Shown: positions 9,205 through 18,702, counted from the first letter of the stretch. The stretch: 64,000 nucleotides of DNA from Thermoplasmata archaeon (GCA_021792255.1 JAJYUZ010000002.1:33444-97443), one strand, 5' to 3'. Notes: generated by a model from the letters alone, not told the origin. Made by a program: numbers and translations.

Positions 9205-9741
9205 TCAGTCCAAGGTATTCTTGCTCATCGCTTCGAAAAATAAATCAAAATTGCCGTTCTCAAATGCCTCTCTGATCATCTTGAAAAATAGGGACGTATC
9301 GGTATCAGGAAGGAGGCCATTTATCGCAAGCAGAACCCTCTGCTTTGTAGTGATAAGCTCTTTCAGATTTCCTTCGAGGAGTCTTATCTTATTGTCATTG
9401 TCTTTGAGCTGTGCAATCAGTTCCTGCAGGTTTCCTTCCAGTAACTCTGTCTCCTCTTCCTCCTTTCCAAAGACAGAGATGCTCTCTATGAACTGCAAGA
9501 GAGAAAGGAGGGGGTGATTTGCTTTGTAGAGGATCCTCGGCGGACCCTCATCGGATTCTATCTTTCCCACCTTGTAGACCATTCCACTGTCCTCCAGAAG
9601 CTTGATGTGTTTCGCGATTAGTTGCTGCGAACTCCCAATAGATCTAGCAAGTTCAAAAGTGTACGAAGGTCTTATGGAAAGGATACTCAGGATCTTTCTC
9701 CTGATGTCGTTGTCTATTAAGTCCAACAGATCTGTTGACAT
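9205..9741 (-). CDS. winged-HTH (ArsR-like) regulator with C-terminal coiled coil
   Basis: 178 aa. An N-terminal wHTH (IRRKILSILSIRPSYTFELARSIGSSQQLIAKHIKLLEDSGMV) is followed by a heptad region with the duplicated motif LLEGNL(Q/K)ELI. The gene starts 2 nt after the hsp20 stop. Confidence 0.7.
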   Translation of the reverse strand: MSTDLLDLIDNDIRRKILSILSIRPSYTFELARSIGSSQQLIAKHIKLLEDSGMVYKVGKIESDEGPPRILYKANHPLLSLLQFIESISVFGKEEEETELLEGNLQELIAQLKDNDNKIRLLEGNLKELITTKQRVLLAINGLLPDTDTSLFFKMIREAFENGNFDLFFEAMSKNTLD

Positions 9742-9743
9742 GC

Positions 9744-10304
9744 TTAATCTACTGGAATTCTCTTCCCTTCTTTCTTTTTTATCAGAGGCTTCTTCACTAT
9801 GATGTCTAAGACGCCATTGGAGTATGATGCCTTAACGTTCTCCGGAAGAATGCTGTCAACGAGTTCCACTTCCTTGTAGTATTTTCTACCATCGTTGTCT
9901 ACCTTTATGATCAGAGTGTTGTCACTTGTTTCAATCGATATGTCCTTCTTGGTTACTCCCGGGATTTCCAAGGTTATATCCGTTTCTTGTTCCCTGTTCT
10001 GTACATCGGTTATGGGCTCTCTGTATTCCAAACTCGGGACCTCGGAATCTTCTTGGTAGGCTCTGGGTATGTTGCCAAATTCTTTGAACTCTGGCTTACC
10101 ATCTGCCCCCAACCTGTAAGTAAATCCATACACGTATGTACCCGGCTGGTCCTGCTCTTTTATGTTCTCGATCTCGTCGAAAGTATCAAACCATCTCTCG
10201 AGGAACTTCTTGTACTCCCTATCGCTGTTTTCCAGAAAATCATGGATATCATTCCAGAAGTCATCATCTCTTTTTCTAATCTTTCTATTGACCATGTTTA
10301 CCAC
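9744..10304 (-). CDS. Hsp20/alpha-crystallin family small heat shock protein
   Basis: 186 aa with a C-terminal alpha-crystallin domain (ITLEIPGVTKKDISIETSDNTLIIKV ... ASYSNGVLDIIV). Confidence 0.85.
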   Translation of the reverse strand: MVNMVNRKIRKRDDDFWNDIHDFLENSDREYKKFLERWFDTFDEIENIKEQDQPGTYVYGFTYRLGADGKPEFKEFGNIPRAYQEDSEVPSLEYREPITDVQNREQETDITLEIPGVTKKDISIETSDNTLIIKVDNDGRKYYKEVELVDSILPENVKASYSNGVLDIIVKKPLIKKKEGKRIPVD

Positions 10305-10476
10305 CTTTGGTTAACAACTCCTTGTTGAGTAGTAATTAATATCGCATTATTAAACCTTACTCAGGGGAATCTTCCTCTTCATTGGGTGTATCCAGAATCC
10401 TTAAAATTGGGATATAATATTATTATGTGTTGGTAGAATATATCTCTTACCGAAGTGCTTGAATGTAGGGTAAGAT

Positions 10477-12261
10477 TCATTTCTGTTTCTTGACACTCCT
10501 GTTGTATTCCATGATAGTTGCGATGAGTGAAAGATGACTGAACGCTTGGGGGTAGTTTCCAAGGTACCTGTGGGTTTTAAATTCAATTTCTTCTGGGAGG
10601 AGAGATACTTCGTTGAGGAGGTCCAGGATCATCATTAAGCCGTCGTGCGCGGACTGTAACTGTCCATTTTGGATCAAGTTTCTGATGTACCAAAAAGACA
10701 CCATTAGGAAAGCGTTATCCTCTCCTTTTAGCCCGTCGTCCAGAGTGTACCTCTTGAACAAATATTTCTCAGGCATCAGTTTTTCTTCGATGACGCTGAG
10801 AGTGTTCTTGTAGACATTGTCGGCTATAGTGCAGAAACCGAAGAGGGGTAGTCTGAGAAGGGCGGAATCCACGTCATCCGTTTCATAACTCTGTTTGAAG
10901 TAGCCTTTTGATGAGATTCCCTTTCTATAGATTTCTTCTCTCAATGCTCTTGCTTCGTTCAAAACCGCTGAAGCGTTTGAATCATCTCCCATCCTTGAAT
11001 AGAGCCAGGACAGGTCAGAAAGAGCCTTCCAAGCTAGAGCCTTTGAATAGACGTAGTTCCTCTTGTCTCCGCGTATTTCCCATATTGATGAATCTGGCTC
11101 TCTCCAAATATTGATCAGAGAATTGCCGATTAAGAAGACCTTCTCCATCGTATGAATGCTCAGAAATCCAGAATTTTCTAAGAGCATCCTCAGTGAAATT
11201 ATTAGAGACGCGTACTGATCTATTTGAAGCTGACTCCGTGCGCCATTGCCAATCCTCACAGGGGAGGAATTCATGTATCCGGCAAGATCTAAGGAGGACT
11301 CTTCTATATTGGAGTCTTCGCTCACTTTGTAAATGGAGGACAATTTGCCATCCTTTTCAAATCTGTCTATAATAGAGAGGTAGAATTTTGTGGCTTCTTC
11401 TATGTATCCCAGTTGGACCAATCCTTCTATTACGTAGGAAGTATCCCTGACCCACATGAACCTATAATCCCAGTTCCTTTCTCCTCCAATTGATTCAGGA
11501 AGAGAAGTGGTCGGTGAGGCTACCATGAAATTGTTGGGGTCAAAAAACAGTCCTTTCAGGGTAAGGAGGGATCTGTTTACAACGTCGTAAAAGATACCTT
11601 GATACTTCGACTTCATTAGCCACTCTTTCCAGAACCTCCGGGTCTGCCACAATCTGTCTTCGCTTGCGAACAGAGTCGGTGGATAAGCTTTCTTTAGGTT
11701 GTGCGCCGTGACGAGCCATCTCACCGCAGTTGCCGGCAGCGTAACAGTTCCAGTGACGGAGTTTTCCTCCACTTTCAAATCTAGGTCCGTCGACAAGAAC
11801 TGGCTCGAGTTCTCTGAAAAGACATTGTAGCCTTTACTGTCGACTTTCTGGACCGATTTTCTCCTCTTTAAGAAAAAAGGATTGAAATCTATTTCAATGT
11901 TCACGTCCGCGAACGTCTCTATTCTCCTGTGAATCTCAGAAAAGTAGACGGAATGCTCGAAACTCATAGGAAGGAAGTCCATTATTGAGAGTACTTTGCT
12001 CTTCTTGTCCGAGAACAGAGTAAAGAGTATGTTGGTATCGGGCTCATAGTACTGCCTAGATTCTAGATTCCTGTTGACTGGTCGAATGCTGAAGTACCCT
12101 CCTTTTTTTCTATCTAATATCGAAGAAAAGACCATTTCAGAATCGAAATTTGGGAAACAGGCAAAGTCGACCTCACCAAACTTCGAAACCAGAGCAGCGG
12201 TTCTGTTATTCAAAAGAACACCGTGATCTTCAATGCGTGGATATTCTGGATCGTTAGGCAC
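10477..12261 (-). CDS. glycoside hydrolase family 15 (glucoamylase/trehalase-like)
   Basis: 594 aa. The N-terminal domain (IEDHGVLLNNRTAALVSKFGEVDFACFPNFDSEMVFSSILD..GGYFSI) and the catalytic (alpha/alpha)6 region (WDYRFMWVRDTSY, LPEEI) are typical of archaeal GH15. Confidence 0.9.
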   Translation of the reverse strand: MPNDPEYPRIEDHGVLLNNRTAALVSKFGEVDFACFPNFDSEMVFSSILDRKKGGYFSIRPVNRNLESRQYYEPDTNILFTLFSDKKSKVLSIMDFLPMSFEHSVYFSEIHRRIETFADVNIEIDFNPFFLKRRKSVQKVDSKGYNVFSENSSQFLSTDLDLKVEENSVTGTVTLPATAVRWLVTAHNLKKAYPPTLFASEDRLWQTRRFWKEWLMKSKYQGIFYDVVNRSLLTLKGLFFDPNNFMVASPTTSLPESIGGERNWDYRFMWVRDTSYVIEGLVQLGYIEEATKFYLSIIDRFEKDGKLSSIYKVSEDSNIEESSLDLAGYMNSSPVRIGNGARSQLQIDQYASLIISLRMLLENSGFLSIHTMEKVFLIGNSLINIWREPDSSIWEIRGDKRNYVYSKALAWKALSDLSWLYSRMGDDSNASAVLNEARALREEIYRKGISSKGYFKQSYETDDVDSALLRLPLFGFCTIADNVYKNTLSVIEEKLMPEKYLFKRYTLDDGLKGEDNAFLMVSFWYIRNLIQNGQLQSAHDGLMMILDLLNEVSLLPEEIEFKTHRYLGNYPQAFSHLSLIATIMEYNRSVKKQK

Positions 12262-12620
12262 AATTCATGAGCTTTATTTCCTTTTAAATTTTTCCAGTCG
12301 AGTCAACCGAATGCTGAAAGCACAGTTCATTTGATCGCATGTGGCATTACGTATTCTGACCTACGAAAGTACATTGATTCAACAGTGACCCCATCGAGAA
12401 TGAAGAAAATGACAGAAGGATAATATTGGTAAACAATCACAGTTCGATAGAACAGGTTAGGAATGGATGAACCAGAGTATCCAGAAGAGATTAGGAACAG
12501 AGTCAAAAAAAGAAACAATAAACTTGAGGTACAGACAGAACAATCACTTGTCAAACCCAGTGGACGCATTTTAAAGGCAACTCAGGAGCGCGTATTTTAC
12601 TATATTTAGTAATTAGTTAT

Positions 12621-12643
12621 CGATATCGATATCGTTATATATA
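12621..12643. promoter_or_regulatory. perfect 14-bp palindrome abutting a TATA-like box upstream of the padR operon
   Basis: CGATATCGATATCG (12621-12634) is its own reverse complement. It is directly followed by TTATATATA (12635-12643), about 20 nt upstream of the padR ATG at 12661. Confidence 0.5.
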
Positions 12644-12660
12644 CTATTGAACTATCATTT

Positions 12661-13197
12661 ATGGAGGCCGGCGAAGATAGATGGAGCAGAGGAATTATCT
12701 TCTTCATCATCATAACAATGGCACGAGATGGTCCGATATACGGGAACCAAGTAGCAAATCTTATCAATGAAAAAACCAACGGTGCATGGAAACCAAGCGC
12801 TGGCTCTATTTACCCTGCTCTAAACAGGCTTACTCGCAGAGGGCTTATTGAAAGGTACGATGAAAACGGCAAAGCCATGTATAAGTTGACTGAAAAAGGC
12901 TCGGGCCTGGTCAAAAAGATTGGGGAGAGACACTTCGACAGCTCACCCATGGCGAAGTTCATGGGGAAAATATGGATGGAAGCGATGAATCCAGAAAACA
13001 AAGCCAGATTCATGTTGAGTTCAATGCAGAATTTAGGCTCGTCACTCGAAGATAATCTGAAGAGTATACGGACGGCGTTCAAGAACGAGAAGGAGTACGA
13101 AGTTTTTCTAATGAATTTGGAACTTGAAATAGAAAAGGCTCACAAAATTCTATTGGATGCTAAGAAAGAATTGATGGAAACCAGAGGAATGAAATAA
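12661..13197 (+). CDS. PadR family transcriptional regulator
   Basis: 178 aa with a wHTH carrying PIYGNQV...SAGSIYPALNRLTRRGLIE, the PadR signature, plus a C-terminal helical extension. It is the first gene of a three-gene operon with 1- and 4-nt overlaps. Confidence 0.85.
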   Translation: MEAGEDRWSRGIIFFIIITMARDGPIYGNQVANLINEKTNGAWKPSAGSIYPALNRLTRRGLIERYDENGKAMYKLTEKGSGLVKKIGERHFDSSPMAKFMGKIWMEAMNPENKARFMLSSMQNLGSSLEDNLKSIRTAFKNEKEYEVFLMNLELEIEKAHKILLDAKKELMETRGMK

Positions 13198-14195
13198 TGA
13201 ATGGAACAATTATAGAAACGAAAAATCTAACGAAGATATATAATGGAAAAATAAAGGCAGTTTCTGATCTTAACTTGGAGATCAAGGAAGGAGAAATTTA
13301 TGGTCTCGCAGGTCCGAATGGTGCGGGGAAGACTACCACCATAAATATGTTGATAACACGGATTTCCCCGTCTGGAGGTACTGCGACAGTAGGAGGGTTT
13401 GACATAGGAAAGAACTCTCTTGAGGTCAGAAAGCTGATCGGCGTTGTGCCACAGGACTTTACAGCCGACGAGGACCTGACTGGAAGAGAGAACATGATGA
13501 TGGTATCTCAGTTCTATAATGTGCCAAAGATAAAGGCACAAGAAAACTGCAGGAATCTCTTGAAATTGGTAGAGCTTGAAGAAGCCGCTGATAGGCTGGT
13601 GAGAACCTATTCAGGCGGAATGAGAAAAAGACTGGAATTGATTATCGGATTAGTTCACGAGCCGAAGATACTCTTCCTGGACGAACCTACTTTAGGGCTA
13701 GATGTTCAGACAAGGATTCAAATGTGGAACTACGTCAAAGAAATTCAAAAAAGGCTGAACGTGACAATTATACTCACTTCTCACTACCTGGAGGAGATCG
13801 ATGAGCTCGCCGCTAGAGTATCTATAATAGACCACGGCAAGGTTCTGATAACCGGAAGCCCTGCGGATCTCAAGACCTCACTCAAGGGAGACATTATCAC
13901 CATAACTCTGTCAGATGAGAAAAGTGCGCAACTAATGAAAACAGTTCCGGGCGCTTTAGAAGTGAAGGATATGGGTCAAAATACCGTCAAAATAAAAGTA
14001 GTAAATGCAGACGAATCTCTTCCAAACATTATAAACTTCATTTCGCAGCACGAGCTTTCGACTGTAAGACTCACAGTCCAAAAGCCGACCCTGGACGAAG
14101 TCTTCCTTGAATATACTGGAAGGTCGATACGGGAGGAAGATGGTGGTTCGGACGCCAGGAAACTAGCTATCAATATGAGGAGGGCGAGACAATGA
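13197..14195 (+). CDS. ABC transporter ATP-binding protein (DrrA/ABC-2 type)
   Basis: Walker A GPNGAGKTT, signature YSGGMRKR, Walker B ILFLDEPTLGLD, H-loop SHYLEE. Confidence 0.9.
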   Translation: MNGTIIETKNLTKIYNGKIKAVSDLNLEIKEGEIYGLAGPNGAGKTTTINMLITRISPSGGTATVGGFDIGKNSLEVRKLIGVVPQDFTADEDLTGRENMMMVSQFYNVPKIKAQENCRNLLKLVELEEAADRLVRTYSGGMRKRLELIIGLVHEPKILFLDEPTLGLDVQTRIQMWNYVKEIQKRLNVTIILTSHYLEEIDELAARVSIIDHGKVLITGSPADLKTSLKGDIITITLSDEKSAQLMKTVPGALEVKDMGQNTVKIKVVNADESLPNIINFISQHELSTVRLTVQKPTLDEVFLEYTGRSIREEDGGSDARKLAINMRRARQ

Positions 14196-14995
14196 GCGGA
14201 CTAGGTCCTTTAACGGTGAGAGAACTAAAGAAGTGGGTGAGAAATCCAACATTCTTTGTGACAAATCTCATACAACCCATCTTCTGGATTGCCCTGTTCG
14301 GTAGCGCATTTGACATCACGAAATTCTTCCCGCAGGCAAGTAGTTACGTATTGGGAGGAGCCCCCAATTACATTACTTATATCGTTGGAGGGGTCTTGAC
14401 GACAATGGGACTCTTTACTGCAATGTTTGCGGGAACCCAGATAATATTCGACAGGAGGCTCGGGCCAATGGGAAGATTCTTGTCATCTCCCATAAGGAGA
14501 AGTTCGATCGTGTTTTCAAAGATACTTTCGTCTGTGATTAGGATCATGCCCCAAGTGGTTATCCTCATTGTTGCGGCTTACCTGATCCCGAATGGTTTGA
14601 AGTTTGTTCACGGATTCACTGTTTTGGATGTCTTGGTGCTCGTGACTGCAATAGTTCTTGTCTCTTTCATCTTCTCGTCCATATTCAGCGTAATAGCGAC
14701 CAGGATGACGAACATGAACTCTATATTTGGTATCGTAAATCTGGTCAATCTACCTCTCATGTTCGTAAGCTATGCAATGTTCTCTCCTGCCATGATGGCC
14801 GACTGGTTAGCCAACGTCGCAAAGTACAACCCAGTTTCATGGTCTGCAGAGGCAATCAGAATGGTGATCATTAACGGAAATCTGACCACGGCTCAATGGA
14901 CTCAAGTAGGGCAATGGCTTGGGGGATTGGCCATACTTGCTGCAGGGCTTCTAGCACTGACTGCATATCTGGTTGAGAAGGAGATAAGAGACTGA
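14192..14995 (+). CDS. ABC-2 type transporter permease
   Basis: 267 aa with about 6 TM segments. An ATGA overlap joins it to the preceding ATPase gene. Confidence 0.85.
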   Translation: MSGLGPLTVRELKKWVRNPTFFVTNLIQPIFWIALFGSAFDITKFFPQASSYVLGGAPNYITYIVGGVLTTMGLFTAMFAGTQIIFDRRLGPMGRFLSSPIRRSSIVFSKILSSVIRIMPQVVILIVAAYLIPNGLKFVHGFTVLDVLVLVTAIVLVSFIFSSIFSVIATRMTNMNSIFGIVNLVNLPLMFVSYAMFSPAMMADWLANVAKYNPVSWSAEAIRMVIINGNLTTAQWTQVGQWLGGLAILAAGLLALTAYLVEKEIRD

Positions 14996-15032
14996 GTAAT
15001 CGCGAGGTAATCCTCGGAGGGTCAGCACTTTG

Positions 15033-15611
15033 CTAGATTATCAAATCACGGTAGAGCGAATGCTGCTCCATGAGTCTTTTACCGATCTCTTCAATTTCGC
15101 CCGAAGCAATACCCGAGAAAAAACTGCGGGCGCTATCGAAACTCTTGAGTTCCGAATCATAGGACTGTCTTCCGGATTTGTAGCAAGTCTTGGAATCCAA
15201 GGTGAATTTGGGACCCAGACATAGCTCAAAGATGAACTCTGCCCTGGGAACGTGGTAGCAGGAAGTCACGGTATAGACTAGCTTGATCTCTGGATGGATA
15301 TCTAATATCTTTCTAGTAAAATATGCATTCCCTATTGTATCCAACGCATTGGGATCCATCAGAATGGCACTCGAAGGAATACCGTTTAGTACTGCATAAT
15401 CTCTCATCGCCTCACACTCTGCTCTGGGAACTGAAGGATTGGTTCTCCCTCCAGAAAGAAGCATTAAAGAATTGTCTAGGGAGGACCAAAGTTTGATTGC
15501 TGCATCCATCCTTCCCTTCAATTCTTCAGGAAGCTGGTCCAGTATCAAACGATTTCCCAATACTACGACGATCTTGTCTCTACCATTAATCGAATCAGCT
15601 GAATCTGGCAT
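15033..15611 (-). CDS. DUF218/YdcF-like protein
   Basis: 192 aa with IVVVLGNRL ... LLSGGRTN ... TSCYHVPRA, the pattern seen in YdcF/DUF218 proteins. Confidence 0.7.
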   Translation of the reverse strand: MPDSADSINGRDKIVVVLGNRLILDQLPEELKGRMDAAIKLWSSLDNSLMLLSGGRTNPSVPRAECEAMRDYAVLNGIPSSAILMDPNALDTIGNAYFTRKILDIHPEIKLVYTVTSCYHVPRAEFIFELCLGPKFTLDSKTCYKSGRQSYDSELKSFDSARSFFSGIASGEIEEIGKRLMEQHSLYRDLII

Positions 15612-15731
15612 TCCAGTTAGTATTTCGGATTGTTATTTCGGTTTTTTGGATGAGACATCACACATTCGAACCTACTTTCTTTACTAGTACGTCTCCAAAT
15701 GGAAACCGGACTGTAGAGGCAAGAAAGTTTG

Positions 15732-16943
15732 CTAACGAGTACTGCCTTTTGCTTTATTGCGAGGCAGGTCACGATTTCTCAAAGAGCGTCCAAAAACGAG
15801 AGTGAAAGTGACTGCCATTATTACTGTTGCAAATATGGCTACGGAATAATATGTGCTATTCATGAAACCTTTTGAAATGGCGAGAGAGGCAATAATTATA
15901 CCAACAGCCCCTCTGCCTCCGAAAATACCAAGAGACACGAACGGAGTGATGCTTCTCATATATCTTCTGGAAAATGAGTACGCAAATAATCCGCCTATCG
16001 AAGTCGTCACTGCGATCAAGAAAATCATGTAAGGAATAGCAGAAATTGGGATCATGGAAACTTCAAGCCCCGAAATACTGAAAAACAGTGGAATAAAGAA
16101 ACTGGAATTAATCCGCTGAAACGTTCTCTTGAGTATTCCAAACGCATGCTCACCGATGGTGTTTTGGTGAATTATCAACCCTGAAAAGAATGCTCCGAGG
16201 ACAAAGGTAATCCCTATGTATTCAAAGAGAACTGATGCGGCGAGTCCCATCATTATCACTATTGCAAATATGATTCCTTCCTTCTCCCTTCTAGTAAACA
16301 TATCTAGTCTTCTTATCAAGAATTCTGACTTTGACTTTAGAAGCATATCTAGGAAGTACAGGCACACCACAAATGCTGCAAGCGAGGCAGAATCGATAGC
16401 TATGGTCATAAGTGGTCTGTGAAAAGAGACGAGAACAATGAACGCTATAGCATCACTCATTGCAACTCCTCCCAGTAGTCTGAGACCGTCTTCCATCTTG
16501 ATCAGGCCAGATCTTACGAGAAGAACTGAGGCAATTGAGATGGAAGGTACACTCACTGAAAGTGAGGTACTGACGGCCTCAAGGTACGGAAGTTTAAAAA
16601 TAAAAATGGAGCCCAGAGACATCAGTATGAGTGGGACTATGAATGAGGTCAGTGCGAACCCCGTTACGTATCTTATGTTCTTAGAAAATATGTCAGCCGA
16701 GGCCTCGACACCGATCTGAAGAATTATGAAAAAGAGCGCAAGGATACTTATTGTCGACAGTTCGGACGATGGCAGTACGACTCCGAACACTGCAGGACCT
16801 AACAAAATTCCCGCTATGATGGCTCCGACGACTTCAGGAAGTGAGAACCTGTCGAATATTTCACCCAAACCAATAGCGACGATCAACAGGAGCAGGATTG
16901 AAGTAATGAGATCAAGCATTGGATTCCCTACCCTCAAAAGCAT
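15732..16943 (-). CDS. cation:proton antiporter (CPA2/Kef-type)
   Basis: 403 aa, polytopic. The N-terminus LGEIFDRFSLPEVVGAIIAGILLGP is typical of the Na+/H+ exchanger family. An alternative start lies at 16919. Confidence 0.8.
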   Translation of the reverse strand: MLLRVGNPMLDLITSILLLLIVAIGLGEIFDRFSLPEVVGAIIAGILLGPAVFGVVLPSSELSTISILALFFIILQIGVEASADIFSKNIRYVTGFALTSFIVPLILMSLGSIFIFKLPYLEAVSTSLSVSVPSISIASVLLVRSGLIKMEDGLRLLGGVAMSDAIAFIVLVSFHRPLMTIAIDSASLAAFVVCLYFLDMLLKSKSEFLIRRLDMFTRREKEGIIFAIVIMMGLAASVLFEYIGITFVLGAFFSGLIIHQNTIGEHAFGILKRTFQRINSSFFIPLFFSISGLEVSMIPISAIPYMIFLIAVTTSIGGLFAYSFSRRYMRSITPFVSLGIFGGRGAVGIIIASLAISKGFMNSTYYSVAIFATVIMAVTFTLVFGRSLRNRDLPRNKAKGSTR

Positions 16944-17128
16944 ATAAGAATTCTGGACGAATCAACAGTGAGCTCGTTTTCGCGATTGAATTCGAATAGA
17001 CATGAAAGTTAATCCAATTCAATATTGAGACGATTTTCATTTTTACTTCCTTATTTAAAAATCAATAACCGTTCATCAGGTTCAGAAAAAATACTAATCA
17101 TACAAGATTACTTTGTGACTCTGAATTT

Positions 17129-18367
17129 TTATTTCCGAGTCTTCGGATCTTCTGGTGAGAGCGCACCTAAAACTGTCGTCGAAGAGACGTACTTGCGCGA
17201 AATTACTGAAAATAACAGTGATCCAGTCAGTATCGTAAATATCACCACATAGAACAAGATGTTACCAAACAGTCCAAAAACTGTTGGATCGGTCGAAAGC
17301 AGTATGCCTGCGAGAACTATTACGGTCGAACCTCTCTGTACGAACGAAGATACCAGAACTGAGTCTTTGCCGAACCACTTGGTAACCCCCTGTACGGAGA
17401 ATACTTCAAAGAATCTGATTGCAACTAGAATTGCGACCAAAAGGGCCGCGATTATTATACCTTGGAAATCAAAAATGTTCACCAAGATTCCTATGTACAC
17501 ATAGAAAAGGGTCATTACAAAAAAAGTGATTTCCTGGTTGAAATAACTAAGAGACTCGTTATCGATGATTCCGGAAATTTTCACGACTTTAGAGACCCAA
17601 AGGGAATTTGCTATGATTACCGAAAATACGAAAATCGTAAGGATTGCAGACGCTCCGATTATGTCAGATACTCCCCATAGGGCGAACAATATGGCTATCG
17701 TTGCAATGTAATAGTGTGGAGTCAATGCTTGGCGCAGGACTATTAGCCAGACAATTCCTGTGACCCCTCCCAGTACTAATGCTTCAGAGATGCTTCCAAA
17801 GAGATATCCGGCCAATCCAACCAAACTAGACTGTTGATTCATAATGCTCAGGATAAAAAGAACCGCTATGATGTTCATGACAGAATTCATGATTGTTTCA
17901 ACTTCAATGGTGTGTTTGATTCTTTCATCCAGATTGATTCTCGACATCAATGGCACTATAAATGCGACAGAATTCTCACTGAGAACCGCTGAGAGTAGCA
18001 GAGAGTCCAGTAATGGAATTTTAAGAAAGAAATAGAGTATAGGAGTCGAAATACCCATGACGAAGAGCAGATCTGATGCAGCCATTATAATGCCTCTGGA
18101 AACGGTTGCGCCAAACTTCTGGAGATCAAGTTTTAGCAATCCGCCAAACACTATCAAAATTAAAGCGACGGTGCCGACAAATCCAAGAAGTTCCTTCATA
18201 ATCGAGAGGTAAACGACTGGAATGATACCGGCATAGTGGAGAGCTACTCCTATTAGCAAGAGAAGTAACATGTCTGGAATTTTCTTCTTTCTAAACGCAA
18301 TTTCTCCTACGAATCCCAACAACATGATACCAGCTAATAGTAACAGCACCTCGTTGATAGTGATCAA
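17129..18367 (-). CDS. cation:proton antiporter (CPA1/CPA2 family)
   Basis: 412 aa, polytopic. The N-terminus (GFVGEIAFRKKKIPDMLLLLLIGVAL) is in the style of the Na+/H+ exchanger family. Confidence 0.75.
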   Translation of the reverse strand: MITINEVLLLLAGIMLLGFVGEIAFRKKKIPDMLLLLLIGVALHYAGIIPVVYLSIMKELLGFVGTVALILIVFGGLLKLDLQKFGATVSRGIIMAASDLLFVMGISTPILYFFLKIPLLDSLLLSAVLSENSVAFIVPLMSRINLDERIKHTIEVETIMNSVMNIIAVLFILSIMNQQSSLVGLAGYLFGSISEALVLGGVTGIVWLIVLRQALTPHYYIATIAILFALWGVSDIIGASAILTIFVFSVIIANSLWVSKVVKISGIIDNESLSYFNQEITFFVMTLFYVYIGILVNIFDFQGIIIAALLVAILVAIRFFEVFSVQGVTKWFGKDSVLVSSFVQRGSTVIVLAGILLSTDPTVFGLFGNILFYVVIFTILTGSLLFSVISRKYVSSTTVLGALSPEDPKTRK

Positions 18368-18671
18368 TGGATTCGAATACCGAGGTCTTTTATAATTCTT
18401 ATCACGTCACAGGAAGACCGTCTAGTTTAAGTTACAGTTTGTCTACCACTAAGTCACTTAAATAGAACTGCGTAGGGCACCACAAGCTCACATTCGCGTG
18501 ATCGATCTGACAAGATTCTCCATCGAATCTTAGCGATTACAGGTGTCTGGATATTGTCTGCTCTATACGTGGAGAAGATTTTTGGATCTATTTTAAGGCA
18601 ATCTATCTCGCACAGTCATTTTCAATGATAATCTTTTTACGATTTCCCAAGAACTTTGGAGTCTTTATCAC

Positions 18672-18702
18672 AAAAAATAAGAAAAAAATCAAAAAAATAA
18701 AA
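18672..18702 (-). terminator. oligo-T terminator after the beta-helix protein gene
   Basis: The plus strand has an A-rich run (AAAAAATAAGAAAAAAATCAAAAAAATAAAA) immediately 3' of the minus-strand stop at 18703-18705. This reads as T-runs on the transcript strand, the usual archaeal termination signal. Confidence 0.5.

Noticed and set aside
12327-12569. 80-aa minus-strand ORF upstream of GH15
   Set aside because: It has hydrophobic patches, but its sense strand is pyrimidine-rich, opposite to the strand bias of real genes in this window. There is no start context and no recognisable family. It is kept only as part of the gene-poor-region finding.
17050-17105. C/D-box-like elements on the minus strand (UGAUUA ... 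CUGA acc UGAUGA)
   Set aside because: The first box is degenerate, the first spacer is only 9 nt of A/U, no terminal D box CUGA follows the second 12-nt spacer, and there is no terminal stem.
18368-18671. A 335-nt intergenic region (18368-18702, including the 18672-18702 terminator tract) examined for a structured RNA (RNase P, SRP, H/ACA) or small gene
   Set aside because: GC content is not elevated, unlike the tRNA and the C/D sRNA. No conserved RNase P or SRP motifs were seen. Only a 6-bp inverted repeat (GGTCTT/AAGACC) and a GATCGATC palindrome are present. The region most simply holds the antiporter promoter and the beta-helix gene terminator.
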